From positions 384,001-448,000 of the forward strand of contig CAXXFV010000023.1 of the NCBI GenBank assembly GCA_963674595.2: a stretch of 64,000 nt of DNA, given 5' to 3'. A program made the translations under genes and the position numbers. Positions 21,116-31,043 of the stretch are shown one piece after another; within the stretch, counting starts at the first letter, position 1, and every line of letters starts with the position of its first letter. The notes beneath the pieces were generated by a model. That model saw only the letters and a list, made by a program, of their open reading frames with translations. It did no database searches and had not been told where the DNA came from. The stretch is from a bacterium (GTDB taxonomy: Bacteria > Zhuqueibacterota > Zhuqueibacteria > Residuimicrobiales > Krinioviventaceae).

Positions 21116-22210
21116 TTATTTTAGTTTATAGTTATTACCGGACAAATTCAGCATCCGTGCCAGGTAGGGTTGCAGACCTTCGGCCATGCTTTGAAATCCC
21201 AGATCGTTCGGATGAACACCGTCAACAAGACCGTCTGCCATATCCGGCCCCAGCAGTTCAAATCCTTCTACAAGTAATATGTTATAATTTTCTATATTTC
21301 TTAACCGTGCAATTTCTTTACGAACAATGTCCCGCATAAACGTAGGTTTAGCAGGTCCCCAAAATTCGTGTGTCTGAAAAATGGGTGTTACTACGATAAT
21401 TGGTGTTTGCGGACGCTTTTGACAGAGAATATCCATAAACGGGCCATATACCTTACTCAAGCTGTCCACACTCGGCAGGTTAACGCCGAAATCGATGACA
21501 TAACAGGCCGCATCAATATCTGCTAAAATTTGGGCCATTTCCGGTTCACCCATGCCGTTGCCGGAATAGCCGTGATTAACGATGTCTATATTTAAATTCC
21601 TTCCGATTATAGCCTGATAGCTCATGCCTGGACGACTGGCGCAGCCTCCCTGTGTAATAGACGAACCGTAAAAGACGACCGGTTTTTCCAGCGCAAAGGG
21701 GAGTGGTTTGTCAAATGCTGCCTCGGAATCGGTGCCGATTGCCAATACCTTAACATTTGAGTAAACCGGCAGATAAAGCGTAATATTCCTCATTTGCTTT
21801 TTTTGATTATTAAAAAAGACAAATTCCGTAAAAGTGCTGTCTCTGGGGATTGCTGTTTTTATATATTGATTGTCGATATAGAGGTCAACACCGCATTGTC
21901 CGTAAACATGCATGTTTATCATATTTCCTTTATGCGGATATTGTAACTGGATTGCAAGTATTGTGCAGTCGCTTTGAAAACGGATACGACCTCCGCTTGG
22001 GGATTGGGCCAGGCTCCAGACTCGATCACGAACGGAATTTTTTTGCGATTTCGCTAAACGATAGAGATCAGGCTTGTTTTCCTGCCAGAAAACAAGTCCG
22101 TTGACCTGGAATTTTTCGTCCGGAAATGTGTGCCAGGTGATTTGGGCGTCCTGGGCAAAAAGATAATTGGAAAGAAACATTATCAGCAAAAAAAGTGGTT
22201 TTTTCAGCAT
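21116..22210 (-). CDS. SGNH/GDSL hydrolase with N-terminal GxDLY domain
   Basis: GVDLY, YGSSITQG, GYSGNG, DGVHP; signal peptide. Confidence 0.9.
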   Translation of the reverse strand: MLKKPLFLLIMFLSNYLFAQDAQITWHTFPDEKFQVNGLVFWQENKPDLYRLAKSQKNSVRDRVWSLAQSPSGGRIRFQSDCTILAIQLQYPHKGNMINMHVYGQCGVDLYIDNQYIKTAIPRDSTFTEFVFFNNQKKQMRNITLYLPVYSNVKVLAIGTDSEAAFDKPLPFALEKPVVFYGSSITQGGCASRPGMSYQAIIGRNLNIDIVNHGYSGNGMGEPEMAQILADIDAACYVIDFGVNLPSVDSLSKVYGPFMDILCQKRPQTPIIVVTPIFQTHEFWGPAKPTFMRDIVRKEIARLRNIENYNILLVEGFELLGPDMADGLVDGVHPNDLGFQSMAEGLQPYLARMLNLSGNNYKLK

Positions 22211-22216
22211 TTCTGG

Positions 22217-22867
22217 TTACCTCAATATTTTTATTTCCAGATTTTTATATTCAACCGATGTTAAATGGCTCTGAAAACCGATATGTCCCTGACGCGGTCG
22301 CTGACTGAGCGGAAGCAAGCTGTTTCTGCCATGTGTGCATTTATCCATGTCTACTTCAAGGACCTTTTCGCCATTTAAAACGACCTTGATTAACGGACCG
22401 TCGACTGCTATCCTAAAATCATTCCATTCTCCTGCCGGTTTGCTGTGTCCCTGTAACGCCGCAACCTGGTAGTAAATGCTGCCTGTCAATTGGTAAAATT
22501 TCAGGTCTTTGTATTTATCAGCATCATCATCCAGGACCTGAATTTCCATACCTGTTTCAGAAGGTTCACCGATAAGCGGATAACGCAGTCCGATACCGCT
22601 GTTGCCGCCCTGTGGCAGCCGCCATTGACCGCGTAATATAAAATTTCGATACTGTTTTTCACTTGTCAGCCAGCCACCGCCTTTGGCATGACAGCACAAA
22701 ATACCGTCTTTAAAGGACCATGCCGCCAGATTTCCGTCTTTGGCAAACCAACCCGTCATATCAGTGTTTTTAAATAGTGGTTCAAATTCAGTATTGTCCT
22801 GAATTTCGGTCCGGCATCCCATTAAAAATAGTATGATAGCGGCAAGAATGGAAAGGGATTTTTTCAT
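22217..22867 (-). CDS. DUF1080 (3-keto-disaccharide hydrolase-like) lipoprotein
   Basis: Lipobox LMGC, GNSGI, EIQVLDD, GSIY, GEWN, GHIGFQSH. Confidence 0.88.
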   Translation of the reverse strand: MKKSLSILAAIILFLMGCRTEIQDNTEFEPLFKNTDMTGWFAKDGNLAAWSFKDGILCCHAKGGGWLTSEKQYRNFILRGQWRLPQGGNSGIGLRYPLIGEPSETGMEIQVLDDDADKYKDLKFYQLTGSIYYQVAALQGHSKPAGEWNDFRIAVDGPLIKVVLNGEKVLEVDMDKCTHGRNSLLPLSQRPRQGHIGFQSHLTSVEYKNLEIKILR

Positions 22868-23358
22868 CTGTTTTATTCGTTTTTAGATGTATTCCGTTAT
22901 TTGAATAGATAAATGTCGGGAAAATATACACAAAAAGCAAGCTGCAACAGGTTTTGTTTTATGCTGGATTGTTAAAGGGAAGGTGGATGTGAGTTGTTGA
23001 ATAATATAAAGTTAAAAATGTCTTTTCAGCCTGGTTCTGCCAAAGACAGCTTGCTTGAAATTTGTAACAATCCTTTCAATGTTAGTACACTAAATGTTCC
23101 ATTCTATATCTGTCATGCCTTTGCAACCACCTGTTTCGCGGGAGACAGTAAGTTTTGTTACAAAAATTTTACTGAAATAAAGAACCGATCCAAGGTCATA
23201 AAGATGCTTTCGGCATGCCATTTCTATTTTTAATCAGGATTATCTGCTTTTAAAATTAACTGAATTTTAAAAAGCATCCTTTTTATTTAACACCAAATTC
23301 TTTAAATTCACATTAATTAACAATTTTGCTGAAAATAATTATTAACGGAAAGAGTTTA

Positions 23359-24183
23359 ATGGACGACCATCTGATTTTAAATCAGCTTTATAATTTCAAC
23401 CTGAAAGACCGGCAACTGGGAATTGTCTGGCTGGGACAAAGTGGATTTTTAATAAAATCAAAAAGTGCCGTGTTTTTAATCGATCCCTATTTGTCTGATT
23501 TTGCGGAACAGTGGACCTTTGGCAAACACAATGAACATATCCGAATGCACCCGGCACCCATTGCACCGAAAGAGATTTACGGTGTTGATGTTGTCCTTTG
23601 TACCCATGACCATGTTGATCATATCGATCCCTATTCCATACCGGTTCTTGCCCTGAGAAATCCGCAAACTCGGTTTGTCGCTCCTTTAACTGCAAAAAAC
23701 CGGATACTCGGTCTTTATGTCGATGAATCCCGACTCGATGTATTGTCCGGTTTGGATTCGCTGGAAACAGGTCCCGTATCCGTAAACGCTATTCCTGCGG
23801 CCCATTCTCAACTGGATTATGATAAAGCATACGGGTATCCTTATCTAAGTTATATAATTAAGGTCGATGGATTGACAATTTTTCATGCCGGTGATACCGT
23901 ACCTTATGACGAACAAACGGAATATCTCAGCACTTTTAATATTGATGTGGCCTTGCTGTCGGTGAACGGGGAAAAGGACCCGAGTCTGGATTTACTGCCC
24001 AATTTTAATGTCCGTCAGGCTGTTCAGTTCGCTCAGGACATCAATGCCAAATTGACCATACCCATGCATTATGACATGTTTACCATTAATACGATTGATA
24101 TCAATGAATTTAAAATTGCGGCCAAAGACAAAATCAATTTTCAGATTGTCAAACTGGGTGCGCCGCTTGTGCTGTCACTGTAA
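23359..24183 (+). CDS. MBL-fold metallo-hydrolase (UlaG-like)
   Basis: WLGQSGF, IDPYLS, THDHVDH, PAAH, FHAGDT, PMHYDMF. Confidence 0.85.
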   Translation: MDDHLILNQLYNFNLKDRQLGIVWLGQSGFLIKSKSAVFLIDPYLSDFAEQWTFGKHNEHIRMHPAPIAPKEIYGVDVVLCTHDHVDHIDPYSIPVLALRNPQTRFVAPLTAKNRILGLYVDESRLDVLSGLDSLETGPVSVNAIPAAHSQLDYDKAYGYPYLSYIIKVDGLTIFHAGDTVPYDEQTEYLSTFNIDVALLSVNGEKDPSLDLLPNFNVRQAVQFAQDINAKLTIPMHYDMFTINTIDINEFKIAAKDKINFQIVKLGAPLVLSL

Positions 24184-24211
24184 AATTTGTGAATAATTCC
24201 AGTTAGTTATG

Positions 24212-24976
24212 CTATAGGTTGATTTTTTGGCCTTCAACGTATCGTTTTGTGCCAGTTTCAAAGGGTTTGTCGTGTCCGCCCATGATAATGCCGTCCAGAG
24301 ATTCAATGTAATCTTTACTTTTCATAAAAAGATCGTTGCTGTACCGGGGGGCCAGTTCCTGTAAAGTGCGTTTCCAGAACAGGCGGCTCGGCATGGCATC
24401 TCCTGAACAGATGTACTGGTTTTCATCGCCTTTGATGATGACGGCATAGTGCCCGGGGGTGTGTCCCGGCGTATGTACAGGCTGAATAAACGGCGGTAAT
24501 TCCGGCTGGTCTTCAATCCATTCGATTTGCTCCCTGTCTCCGATACCATCGTCCTGCCAGTATCTTTGCACCAGTTTTTGCGAATAGGGGCCGTGAACGT
24601 CCGCCCGCCGTTGCGGGTATTCCGGATAAAATTGTAACAAGGTCTTAACCGGATCATCCGATTCATACATCGCATGACTGTATCTTTTGGCAAAATCATA
24701 ATCCGTTTTACTGACAATGATCCGCGCGTTTGTGAACAGTCTGTTATTCCCAACATGATCCGGATGCACATGTGTGTTGATCACCATGTCAAAATTTTTT
24801 GGGTCGAATTTCAACAGCCTCAACTGGTCCTGCAGCGCAGGTTGTTTTGCATAACCGGTGTCTATCATGATCAATTGTTCTTTAAATGCAACAACGGCCG
24901 CCATTAATGGCAGCCGTCCCTGCTTTTTATCATCAAAATTGACCATTTGCATGTAGATCGGATAAATCGTAATCAC
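24212..24976 (-). CDS. MBL-fold metallo-hydrolase
   Basis: IDTG, NTHVHPDHVG, TPGHTPGH, GDA, GHD. The GTG start abuts the thyA stop. Confidence 0.85.
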   Translation of the reverse strand: MITIYPIYMQMVNFDDKKQGRLPLMAAVVAFKEQLIMIDTGYAKQPALQDQLRLLKFDPKNFDMVINTHVHPDHVGNNRLFTNARIIVSKTDYDFAKRYSHAMYESDDPVKTLLQFYPEYPQRRADVHGPYSQKLVQRYWQDDGIGDREQIEWIEDQPELPPFIQPVHTPGHTPGHYAVIIKGDENQYICSGDAMPSRLFWKRTLQELAPRYSNDLFMKSKDYIESLDGIIMGGHDKPFETGTKRYVEGQKINL

Positions 24977-24977
24977 T

Positions 24978-25814
24978 TTAGATGCCGTTCTCTTTTTCTT
25001 TCATCAATCGTATTTTTGCGTCCTCAAACATGGGCTCCGCAAAATCACTTGACCATGTCCGTTCCTCAAAGGTCCTTGATTTTACCGTTTCTAAAAATCC
25101 TTTAAAATCTTTGAAATAGGCACCATAAATATGAAAACTGTCGACCAGGTCCGTATATCTTCCCACACGGACCGGTTTTCCGATGTTTTCACTGATCTTT
25201 TCGGCAATGATTCGCTGCATATCGGTAAATGCAAAAGCATTCATATAGGCTGCTTTATAGGCGTCCCGAGAACGCCAGTGGGTGTTCATATTTAAAACAA
25301 GCTGCCCGTTTTCGTCCGCTAATATTCGGCACCAGACACGCTGCAAACAGGGCGGGTCATAGGTGGGCGGATCTTCTTTGACATTCCAGGTAATTGCCTG
25401 AGCCCGTCTGGAATGAGGAGCCTCGCTGAGTTTTTCTATAATATAATTGATCTGATTAATGGCCGTGTTTTCCATCTCATAATCGTAAAGTCTTTTATGA
25501 TAGGTATAAGTCCATTTTCCTTCTTCCGGCGCAATCCAGTGGTCGTGAACGCCATCCACAACTTCCTGTCTGTAAACCTCCAGGTCTTCCAGTCCTCCGG
25601 GAAAAGCACGATGTATCCTCGGTTCGGCAAAAGGATCTTCGACACACCACATCATTGTGCAGTCTTTACTGGGCGGATCATCCGGTTTATCATATTCCGT
25701 TTTGATAGATGCGCCTTTTTCCCAGCATTCCAAAACCGCTTTTTCCCAGGCTTCCGGTAATGTTTTACCATAAACTGCAAGTACGGGGATGTTACCATTC
25801 ATAGTGACCTCCAT
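24978..25814 (-). CDS. thyA: Thymidylate synthase, short archaeal-like ThyA type
   Basis: YTYH.RL, SRRAQA, DPPCLQ (catalytic Cys), WRSRD, MNAF, SFHIY. Confidence 0.8.
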   Translation of the reverse strand: MEVTMNGNIPVLAVYGKTLPEAWEKAVLECWEKGASIKTEYDKPDDPPSKDCTMMWCVEDPFAEPRIHRAFPGGLEDLEVYRQEVVDGVHDHWIAPEEGKWTYTYHKRLYDYEMENTAINQINYIIEKLSEAPHSRRAQAITWNVKEDPPTYDPPCLQRVWCRILADENGQLVLNMNTHWRSRDAYKAAYMNAFAFTDMQRIIAEKISENIGKPVRVGRYTDLVDSFHIYGAYFKDFKGFLETVKSRTFEERTWSSDFAEPMFEDAKIRLMKEKENGI

Positions 25815-25822
25815 TTGGATGT

Positions 25823-26902
25823 TTAGCCATGTTGTTTATAAAATTTTGTCATAAATTCTGTTAATGCCTGCACTGTTTCCAGGGGTACGGCATTGTATAT
25901 GGATGCGCGTAAACCGCCTACACTGCGATGTCCTTTTAATCCGACAAAACCTGATGCTATGCTTTTTTCCAAAAACAGCTTTTCCAGTTCGGGATCAACC
26001 AACCGGAACGTTACGTTCATTTTCGAACGGCTGTCAGCCTGAGCCGTGCCTTTATAAAAACCGTTGGTTTGGTCCATTGTGTTATATAACAGGTTTGCCT
26101 TTTCGTTGTTTAGTTTTTCCATTGCTTCCAGGCCCCCTGTTTGTAATAACCACTCTAAAACCAGACCGAATATATAAATCGAAAAAACCGGTGGTGTGTT
26201 ATATAAAGATGCTGATTTTACGAAAGTTTGATAGGCCAGCATGGTGGGGATGTTTTTACGGGCTTTGTCCAGCATGTCTTTGCGAATAATAACAACCGTT
26301 AAACCTGCCGGTCCCAGATTTTTTTGGGCGCCTGCATAAATAAGGGCAAATTTGGTTATGTCTGTTTTTCGGCTGAGTATGTCGCTGGACATATCGGCAA
26401 CAAGCGGAACAGTTCCGGTATCCGGGAAGTTCTGCCATTGCGTGCCGAAAAGGGTGTTGTTTGATGTCACGTGCACATATTCGGCAAGGGTGTTAAATTG
26501 AAATTCCCTGGGAATACGGTCAAATCGGGTTTCTTTGGATGTAGCAGCGATATGGGTCGAACCTATTTTATCCGCTTCTTCACAGGCCTTTTCACTCCAT
26601 CCGCCGGTCATGAGATAATCAGCGCAGGTTTCCTTGTCAAGAAAGTTAAGCGGGACCATTGAAAACTGCAGGCTGGCGCCGCCCTGCAGAAAAAGTATCT
26701 CATAATTATCGGGAATGTCCATCAATATTCTTAAATCCGCCATCGCTTTGTAATGGACCGCGTCGTAATCTTTACCGCGATGGCTGTGTTCCAGTATGGA
26801 AATACCGGAATTGTTAAAATTTAAAAAATCCTTTTGCGCTTTTTCCAGGACCGGTTTGGGAAGCGCTGCCGGTCCTGCATTTAAATTATATGTTTTTTGC
26901 AT
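25823..26902 (-). CDS. serC: Phosphoserine aminotransferase
   Basis: NLNAGPAALP, SHRG, LQGGASLQF, DMSSD, GAQKNLGPAG, NTPP, GHRSVGGLRASIYNA. Confidence 0.96.
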   Translation of the reverse strand: MQKTYNLNAGPAALPKPVLEKAQKDFLNFNNSGISILEHSHRGKDYDAVHYKAMADLRILMDIPDNYEILFLQGGASLQFSMVPLNFLDKETCADYLMTGGWSEKACEEADKIGSTHIAATSKETRFDRIPREFQFNTLAEYVHVTSNNTLFGTQWQNFPDTGTVPLVADMSSDILSRKTDITKFALIYAGAQKNLGPAGLTVVIIRKDMLDKARKNIPTMLAYQTFVKSASLYNTPPVFSIYIFGLVLEWLLQTGGLEAMEKLNNEKANLLYNTMDQTNGFYKGTAQADSRSKMNVTFRLVDPELEKLFLEKSIASGFVGLKGHRSVGGLRASIYNAVPLETVQALTEFMTKFYKQHG

Positions 26903-26906
26903 CTTT

Positions 26907-28101
26907 TTATTCCAGTTCGTGTGTTACAAGTCCGCTGAGTAATTTCCGGTTCAAACCAGGTTGATTTTGGCGGCATAACCTCACCAGCGTCTGCAATTTC
27001 TATCACCTCGTGCATTTGCGTCGGGTATAGAGAAAATGCTGCCTGATATTCACCGGAATCAACCAATTCGACCAGTTTTTGTTCGCTATTTATTCCGCCT
27101 GCAAAAGAAATACGTTTATCGTTTCTGGGATCATGAATACCAAGAAGAGGTGATAAAACGTGATTTTGCAGTATCGTTACATCAAGTGCTTCTTTTGTTC
27201 CGGCTTCCAGTATGTACCAGCTTTTATCCAGATACAATCCAAATGTTTTTGCTTTTTTCGGACAAACTGTTTCATCCGATTGCCGGATGATAAAATGTTC
27301 TTCCAGCTTTTGCAAAAATTCTGCTGTTGTTAATCCGTTTAAATCTTTAACAATTCTGTTATAGGGCAGAATCAGCAGTTCTTCGCTGTCAAATAAAACC
27401 GTTAAAAAACGTCCGTAATTTTCATTGTAATTTGAATGTTGTCCGGCTTTTTGATAACATTTGCAGGCAGCCTCGGAACGATGATGCCCATCAGCAATGT
27501 ACATGTTTTTTTGTTGATTAAAAACATTCAGGATTTCATTGATCAACACTTGATCTGATATGACGGTAAAAATGTGGCGAACGCCGTTCTGTTCAAAGTC
27601 ATATTCGGGCGGCAACTGTTCTGCTTTTTTGAGAACAGCTTTTGTTTCAGCGTTATTCTTGTAGGCAATAAAGACCGGGCCTGTTTGGGCTTTCAGGGTC
27701 TCCATTAAATTCACACGATCATTTACCTTTTCCGGTTGTGTGTGTTCATGTTTTTTTATTCGTCCGGTCAGGTAGGCTTCCACAGATGAAACCGTTACAA
27801 TGCCGGTTTGTTTGTGGTTGCCCATTATTTGTCGGTACAGGTAAAAACAGGCTGTTTTATCCTGTTGTAAAATGTTTTTATTTTTATAATTTATATAATA
27901 TTCCTGTGCTGTTTTATAATTATTTTCGTCAGAATCACTTTTATGTATTTCCGGTTTAATTATATTTAAAAAAGAGACAGGATTTGTTTTAACATATTCT
28001 TTTGCTGTATTTGAATCAATAACGTCGTATGGGGGACAGGCCACTTTTTCAACATAGTCCGGGGCCGGCCTGACACCCCGAAACGGAAAGATTAACGACA
28101 T
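26907..28101 (-). CDS. DUF1015 family protein (frameshifted at extreme C-terminus)
   Basis: PPYDV, IKKHE.T, YIADGHHR, MPPKSTWFEP. Removing one base at about 26946 restores FEPKLLSGLVTHELE*, ending 4 nt before the serC ATG. Confidence 0.88.
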
Positions 28102-28266
28102 GTAAACCTCATAGTAATAGTAATTGAAATAGCACAAGATACATAAATGATATTTAAACTCAAAATCATTTTCATTATATTCTGTTGTTTTAATTTAAAA
28201 AACAAAAATCCTATTGCCTGTTTGTGCATCAAATAATCAGGATGTACATACTTTGAAAGGATAAAA

Positions 28267-28797
28267 ATGTTAGATCAGGAACGTTTTAATACCGGATTTC
28301 TTTACAACGAATTTATTCAAATGACAAATGAAGAAACAGCGGTATATCACCATCATTATAATCGGACAGTTGTAAGCGACGATGACAGGAATTTTTTATC
28401 AAATTTACCAGGTTTAAATATAGCTGTTATTTCCGAACCCTGGTGTGGTGATTCCATGGTTATTTTACCGGTGATCCAAAAATGGATTGACAGCTTTAAT
28501 CATATTAAAATGCGTATTTTTAAAAGAGAAGATAATCCCGATATGATGGACAATTATCTGACCAATGGAGCCAGATCTGTTCCGAAAATAATTTTATATG
28601 ATATGGAATTTAATGAAATCGGTACCTGGGGACCGCGTTCAAAACCGGCGCAAAAGGTTTTTAACGAATATCATCAAATGCTTAAAGACGGCACAATAGA
28701 AAAAAGTGTTGTCCGAAATAAGATCCGGCGTATATATGCAATGGACCGGGGCAAAGATATTATCGCTGAAATAAAAGATAATTGCATATTTAAATAA
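28267..28797 (+). CDS. Thioredoxin-fold protein (WCGD type)
   Basis: SEPWCGDS, YLTNGARSVPK, WGPR. Confidence 0.85.
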   Translation: MLDQERFNTGFLYNEFIQMTNEETAVYHHHYNRTVVSDDDRNFLSNLPGLNIAVISEPWCGDSMVILPVIQKWIDSFNHIKMRIFKREDNPDMMDNYLTNGARSVPKIILYDMEFNEIGTWGPRSKPAQKVFNEYHQMLKDGTIEKSVVRNKIRRIYAMDRGKDIIAEIKDNCIFK

Positions 28798-28901
28798 ATT
28801 AACAACCGGCATGAATGTGTTTTGCTTGAAATATGTTGTTTAATTTATTAAATTTAAAAAACGATTTAATATTTTAATGCTTTTGCTTTAAAGAACAATC
28901 C

Positions 28902-29666
28902 ATGCCTGATTTTGCCGTAAGCGATTTTTTTGATTATAACACTTCTGTAAATGAAATATTGGATGCGGTCAATGCCGGAAATATTTTGGCCCGCCAGGAC
29001 AAGATTTTGCTAAAGCCAAATCTTGTAGTTGCCTCACCTTTTCCGATAACAACACATCCGGATCTGGTGAGGGCCGTCATTCATTATATCCGTCAACATT
29101 CGGATGCCTCACTTGTTATCGGCGAAGGATGCGGCGATACCTCATGTGAAACAATGGATGTGTTTAAAAAACTGGGTTATATTGATCTGGCCAAAGAATT
29201 GGGCGTCGAGCTGCTTGACTTGAACACTGCCCCATTAGTCAAAATGGAAAAAGATTGTCCGGTTTTTCCGGTTATGTATTTACCGGAAATTGCCTTTAGT
29301 CATTATATTATTTCTTTACCTGTCCTTAAGGCCCATTCGTTTTCCACCATTACCGGGACCCTGAAAAATATGATGGGATTCGCACCGCCGAAATACTATT
29401 CCGGCCGCTTCGGGTCCTGGAAAAAGGCGGTCTTTCACGGCAACATGCACCAGGCTATTGTTGACCTGAACCGGTACCGAAAACCGGATTTTACCTTAAT
29501 GGATGCCGGCGTCGGGCTTGCTGATTTTCATCTTGGCGGACCGGAATGCAGTCCACCGGTTAAAAAACTGGTCGCCGGGTTTGATCCGGTACAAGTTGAC
29601 AGAACGGCTGCGGAATTATTGGGATTCCAATGGCAATCCATACCCCATTTAAAAAATCAAATATAA
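28902..29666 (+). CDS. DUF362 domain protein
   Basis: LLKPNLV, TTHP, GEG, PVLKAH, LKNMMG, DPVQVD. Confidence 0.88.
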   Translation: MPDFAVSDFFDYNTSVNEILDAVNAGNILARQDKILLKPNLVVASPFPITTHPDLVRAVIHYIRQHSDASLVIGEGCGDTSCETMDVFKKLGYIDLAKELGVELLDLNTAPLVKMEKDCPVFPVMYLPEIAFSHYIISLPVLKAHSFSTITGTLKNMMGFAPPKYYSGRFGSWKKAVFHGNMHQAIVDLNRYRKPDFTLMDAGVGLADFHLGGPECSPPVKKLVAGFDPVQVDRTAAELLGFQWQSIPHLKNQI

Positions 29667-29701
29667 ACGAATATTGATTTTTAATAAACAGGAGAACTGT
29701 T

Positions 29702-31015
29702 ATGGCATTATCATTAAACAGACGTGATTTTTTAAAAACAACGGCGGCTACCTTGCCGGCTCTTTCTTTAGCCGGTCAGGCAATGGCATCGTCGAATGCC
29801 AAAAATATCAATATCGGTATTATAGGAACCGGAAATCGCGGTAAATCTCTTCTCAAAACTATTTTGGCCTTTCCTGAGGTGCATGTAAAGGCACTCTGCG
29901 ATATTGACAAAAACGCCCTTGATGCGGCGCAGGATATGTTGATTAAAGCAGAGAGAAATAAAGCTGAACTTTATTCTGAAAATGAACATATCTTTGAAAA
30001 ACTGTTGAAACGCGGTGATCTTGATGCTGTTATTATCGCCACGCCCTGGCAATGGCATACACCGATGGCTGTAATGGCTATGGAACAAGGAGTCTATGCC
30101 GGTGTTGAAGTACCGGCGGCACTGACACTTGATGAATGCTGGCAGCTTGTGGATACTAATGAAAAAACGAATGTCCCTTGTATGATGCTGGAAAACTGGA
30201 GTTTTCGTCAGGACAATCTCGCTGTTCTTAATATTATCAGAGAAGGACTGTTCGGCGATATTGTCCATTGTCACTGCGCCCATTCGCACGATTGTATTGA
30301 TCACTGGTTCTTTGACAAGGAAGGAAACAAAAGATGGGGTGGAGATTTTCTTATCAACAGAAATTGTGATCAATATCCCACCCACAGCCTGGGACCGGTG
30401 CTGAGCTGGATGGATATTAATTGCGGTGATAATTTTAAATATATAACATCAACCGCTTCTGCTTCCATCGGGATAAATGATTATTTTATTCGGAAATTTG
30501 GTAAAGACCATCCCTATGCGAATTTTAAATTTAAACAGGGAGATATCGTTACCTCTACTATAAAAACCCACAACGGCAAAACAATTATCATCAATTATGA
30601 CATGCAACTGCCGCGTCCCTACGATAACCGGTGGCTTATACAGGGTACGCGCGGTTTGTACAATGAACAACGAAATGCACTTTATATTGTGGATAAAAGT
30701 CCGGAATATCATAAATGGGAACCCTTTCCACCCTATATGGAAAAGCATGACCATTTTTGGTATAAACAAATGCAGGAAGCAAGTTCCGGTGAATATGGAC
30801 ACAACGGTACCGATTATCTGGAGTTGAAACTATTTTTTGATGCTGTGAAAGGTAAATCACAAACGCCTATTGATGTGTATGATTCTGTTTCCATGTCCTG
30901 TGTTGTTCATTTGTCTGAAATGTCTATTGCGAATGACAGTATGCCTGTTGAATGCCCTGATTTTACCCGTGGAAAATGGAAAACACGTAAACCAACATTT
31001 GCTGTAACAAGCTAA
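29702..31015 (+). CDS. Tat-exported Gfo/Idh/MocA protein, GH109-like (NAD+-dependent glycosidase)
   Basis: NRRDFLK Tat signal, GIIGTGNRG, ATPWQWH, EVPAA, MMLEN, YPTHSLGP, PRPY, GHNGTD, PDFTRGKW. Confidence 0.85.
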   Translation: MALSLNRRDFLKTTAATLPALSLAGQAMASSNAKNINIGIIGTGNRGKSLLKTILAFPEVHVKALCDIDKNALDAAQDMLIKAERNKAELYSENEHIFEKLLKRGDLDAVIIATPWQWHTPMAVMAMEQGVYAGVEVPAALTLDECWQLVDTNEKTNVPCMMLENWSFRQDNLAVLNIIREGLFGDIVHCHCAHSHDCIDHWFFDKEGNKRWGGDFLINRNCDQYPTHSLGPVLSWMDINCGDNFKYITSTASASIGINDYFIRKFGKDHPYANFKFKQGDIVTSTIKTHNGKTIIINYDMQLPRPYDNRWLIQGTRGLYNEQRNALYIVDKSPEYHKWEPFPPYMEKHDHFWYKQMQEASSGEYGHNGTDYLELKLFFDAVKGKSQTPIDVYDSVSMSCVVHLSEMSIANDSMPVECPDFTRGKWKTRKPTFAVTS

Positions 31016-31043
31016 TTCAATTAATATAACCAGAGGAAGTAGT

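Noticed and set aside
29768-30385. Long antisense ORFs (e.g. 29768-30385, 55879-56475, 56582-57307) and other short alternative-frame ORFs
   Set aside because: They are shadows of well-supported genes on the opposite strand, with no recognisable motifs.
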